From an uncultured Nitrospiraceae bacterium (lineage in GTDB: Bacteria; Nitrospirota; Nitrospiria; Nitrospirales; Nitrospiraceae), in assembly GCA_963846575.1 (NCBI GenBank), contig CAWJWJ010000002.1, positions 2,816,001 to 2,880,000 of the forward strand: a stretch of 64,000 nt of DNA. Direction: 5' to 3'. The notes under the pieces were generated by a model. The model was not told the DNA's origin and made no database searches. It saw only the letters and a program-made list of their open reading frames with translations. Shown here piece by piece: positions 61,592 through 64,000 of this stretch (its first letter is position 1; every line of letters begins with the position of its first letter). Both the position numbers and the translations under genes were made by a program.

Positions 61592-61630
61592 GTCGGCTGG
61601 GATTCGAACCCAGGACCCTCGCCTTAAAAG
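61586..61630 (-). mobile_element. 3' half of tRNA-Lys(TTT), probable att-site duplication
   Basis: Minus strand CTTTTAA ggcgagggtc ctgggTTCGAAtcccag ccgactc ACCA. No matching 5' half. Adjoins the integrase remnant. Confidence 0.82.
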
Positions 61631-62056
61631 TTCGGCAAGTGGCATTTTACTAGCGGCTTGATTTTGCGAAGGTTTTCCAGTTTTTTATCTTTTGAATTAG
61701 CTAGTTATGACGTGTCTGTCTGTTCCAATACTTCCATCCTTTGTCATCATTTCGGCAGAGTTTTAGCACAAATTTAGCACGAGGCTTTGGGGTGAACCCC
61801 CGGGTGAGACAGTGTGGTCCTAGCACACTTGGTTAGGGTTAATCCTTGGCTTGAGGCAAGTTTTAGATCAACCACACTTGGTTTCAATAAAATGTTACTC
61901 CTCACACCCTTGAGCTGCTTTCAGGATGTTCTTCCTGTGGACGCCGCTTGAGCAAAGGCTCAAGGCCTGAAAAGCGAATGGGCCTAATACTATGGTTCGA
62001 ACCAACCACAGGGCAAACCGTAGGGTGAGGTACTGGCAGACTAGAGACAGCCCGAC

Positions 62057-63055
62057 CTAGCGCAAAAGGCTTTTCAGATTGGTCGCTTTTCGGAAAAGGC
62101 CTGTGAGAAATCTTTCTGGATACCAGGTGGCAAGCAGGAGCAGGCCGCGTAGCCCTTCCCTAAACCTTCGATTGGAAAGATCCTCTTCAACCTTGCTGAC
62201 TAACGGTTCGCCATAATAGAGCTTCCAATTGATTCTGCCTCGGTTCAATGCCGAAGTGAGATTCGGATTACTCTTAATGAAGGGTCGTTGTTTGTTGAGA
62301 GCCGAGAGGCAGGCTTTGAGCATAATGCCCGGATCGTTGCTCATATTGGCAGCATGACGACGATACTCAATCACCGGATGTCGATGGCATGCGAGAGGGA
62401 ACAATCGTGCGATCCGGAGATAGAGATCATAGTCGCCGGCCGGCCCGTTAACGAGATCGAACCCGCCGACTGCCGAGATCGCCCATCGACGATAGAGGGC
62501 CACCCCTGGATTCCCGATGACGTTCTCTTGCAGTAGTTCCTTATAGCCGTAGGTAAGAGAGGTCAAGGGGAAGGAGGGATTACGACGGTTGCCCTCGGCA
62601 TCAATCATGAAGAAGGTCCCGAACGTCAATGCACAAGAGGGGTGCTCGCTAAGACTGCGTGTGCCTATTTCGATCGCATCCGCAAGAAGGCGGTCATCGG
62701 CATCCAGAAATACTACATATTCACCCCGACTCATTCCGAAGCCAGTGTTTCTCGCATCGGAAACCCCTGCATTGCTTTGGGTCACATAACGGACTGCCGG
62801 ATGTGAAATAGCGACCTCTCTCGTGCGATCCGTCGAGCCGTCATCGACAACGACAATCTCAATATCAGAATAGGTTTGGCGAAGGATGCTGGATATCGCA
62901 TCCGGTAGAAAGTGTGCCTGCTGGTAGCAGGGAATAATGATGGATACCAATCCGGATATGCCTGCTATGGATTCGCCAGAGTCCAAGTCGTGCGAAACAT
63001 GATCCGCGCTTTTGGACATGGCGCGATTCAATTGGGGATGCCCATGGTCCCTCAT
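62057..63055 (-). CDS. Glycosyltransferase family 2
   Basis: VSIIIPCY, VVDDGSTD, NAGVSDARNTG, FLDADD. Confidence 0.93.
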   Translation of the reverse strand: MRDHGHPQLNRAMSKSADHVSHDLDSGESIAGISGLVSIIIPCYQQAHFLPDAISSILRQTYSDIEIVVVDDGSTDRTREVAISHPAVRYVTQSNAGVSDARNTGFGMSRGEYVVFLDADDRLLADAIEIGTRSLSEHPSCALTFGTFFMIDAEGNRRNPSFPLTSLTYGYKELLQENVIGNPGVALYRRWAISAVGGFDLVNGPAGDYDLYLRIARLFPLACHRHPVIEYRRHAANMSNDPGIMLKACLSALNKQRPFIKSNPNLTSALNRGRINWKLYYGEPLVSKVEEDLSNRRFREGLRGLLLLATWYPERFLTGLFRKATNLKSLLR

Positions 63056-64000
63056 GGCCTGTTGTTCTTGGAACGAAAGAGACCTTGATGAGTCATATAC
63101 TGAGCAAAGGCAAGGGCAATTTCAGAAGACGGCTCCCAACCTCTGCTTCCGGGCTGAGGAGGTGATGCGCTCCACGCCTTACCGGGTACGAAGACCTCAG
63201 AAAGATCGTAGTGTTCAATCTGTAATTCCGTGAGCATTGTCAGCAGAGCTTCCCGCCGGGCCATCTCTGACCGGCTCCACTCTTGCCTGGAACTTAGTGC
63301 CGGAAGGACTGCGACACTTAATCGAATATGATCGCGTGTGAGTCTATCCCTGAAAATCTTGAAGCTTTCGTGATATTCCTCCCATAGGCGATTTTGACTC
63401 TCTCGATGTGAGATCGTCAGACCTCTCAAATATCGATAAAGATAGAAATTCTCGAACCGTCCAGGGTCAAGGTCTTTCCGTGGGACGGCAGGACGGTACA
63501 CCTCCAGTTCCGCGGTTTGATTTCTAAAGGCAAAGGGAATGCTCCCCACGTCATCCGGTTCGATGGTCAGGATAACATGATCGGGGGCGATGTGAGTGTT
63601 GGTTATCTGATAGAACGCTATTTGCTGCAGCGTGTTGAATGTTGGCACTCCTGCATTCCAATATTCGAGCATGTCCTCCCCATGGAGGCTTTTTAGAGCA
63701 TGAAGCAATGTTCCCTCATATGTCACTGTGTTGCCGACGAACAGGAGCCGTATATGGCTTGGGTCTTTGATTACGGTATAGGTATTATGCAGTGTCCCAT
63801 ACTCAGAATACCTCCCGGTTCGCAGCCACGGTCGTAGGCCTAACCTGGCATCAGTCGTAAACAGTTGCGCCGCACTGTAGGCCGCGTTCCGAAACCAGTC
63901 GGCTTCCGCTGCGGTCCCGAATCCTTCGCGAGGATAAAAGTTGCGAAGCGCCTGTTCTGCACCCATCAGTCCGAGGCACACCCCGGTGAGGGTCAAGATG
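63052..64000 (-). CDS. SGNH/GDSL-like membrane-anchored protein, 5' end at or beyond the window edge
   Basis: RLLFVGNTVTYEG and WNAGVPTFNT.Q resemble SGNH blocks I and II but are degenerate; ATGA overlap with the GT2 gene. Confidence 0.55.
   Translation of the reverse strand, partial: ILTLTGVCLGLMGAEQALRNFYPREGFGTAAEADWFRNAAYSAAQLFTTDARLGLRPWLRTGRYSEYGTLHNTYTVIKDPSHIRLLFVGNTVTYEGTLLHALKSLHGEDMLEYWNAGVPTFNTLQQIAFYQITNTHIAPDHVILTIEPDDVGSIPFAFRNQTAELEVYRPAVPRKDLDPGRFENFYLYRYLRGLTISHRESQNRLWEEYHESFKIFRDRLTRDHIRLSVAVLPALSSRQEWSRSEMARREALLTMLTELQIEHYDLSEVFVPGKAWSASPPQPGSRGWEPSSEIALAFAQYMTHQGLFRSKNNRP

Noticed and set aside
61586..61660. Functional tRNA-Lys gene
   Set aside because: Only the anticodon loop to CCA is present; the upstream sequence cannot form the D-arm or the 5' acceptor strand.

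Overview
GC-rich bacterial window that looks Nitrospira-like (inferred from gene content such as the DUF3015 lipoprotein and giant multicopper oxidase; not verified). The main signal is at about 1.7-24 kb. It holds a same-strand array of about 20 exported proteins, mostly small and Cys-rich, with its own DsbA/Com1-type oxidoreductase and Lnt. Next to it are an ECF sigma factor, a zf-HC2 anti-sigma factor, a signal-peptide-bearing caspase-like (C14) protease and a DUF4384-like lipoprotein. Two sequence signals link these parts. (1) A [VI]-x-x-R-[GAS]-[VI] peptide motif occurs in 15 of 17 consecutive array proteins, in the anti-sigma just after its TM helix, in the lipoprotein and in the protease itself. 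(2) A TGAACC-N15/16-CGAC ECF-type promoter motif occurs six times (one with a mismatch) in front of genes of this locus. I infer an ECF-controlled, caspase-matured library of disulfide-rich exported proteins. The rest of the window holds a sigma54-controlled multicopper oxidase with its two-component system, mdtABC (mdtB frameshifted), LysR plus two MOSC genes, signalling proteins, polysaccharide genes, and decayed integrase fragments beside a tRNA-Lys 3' fragment (probable att site). All domain calls come from motif recognition by eye; no searches were run.
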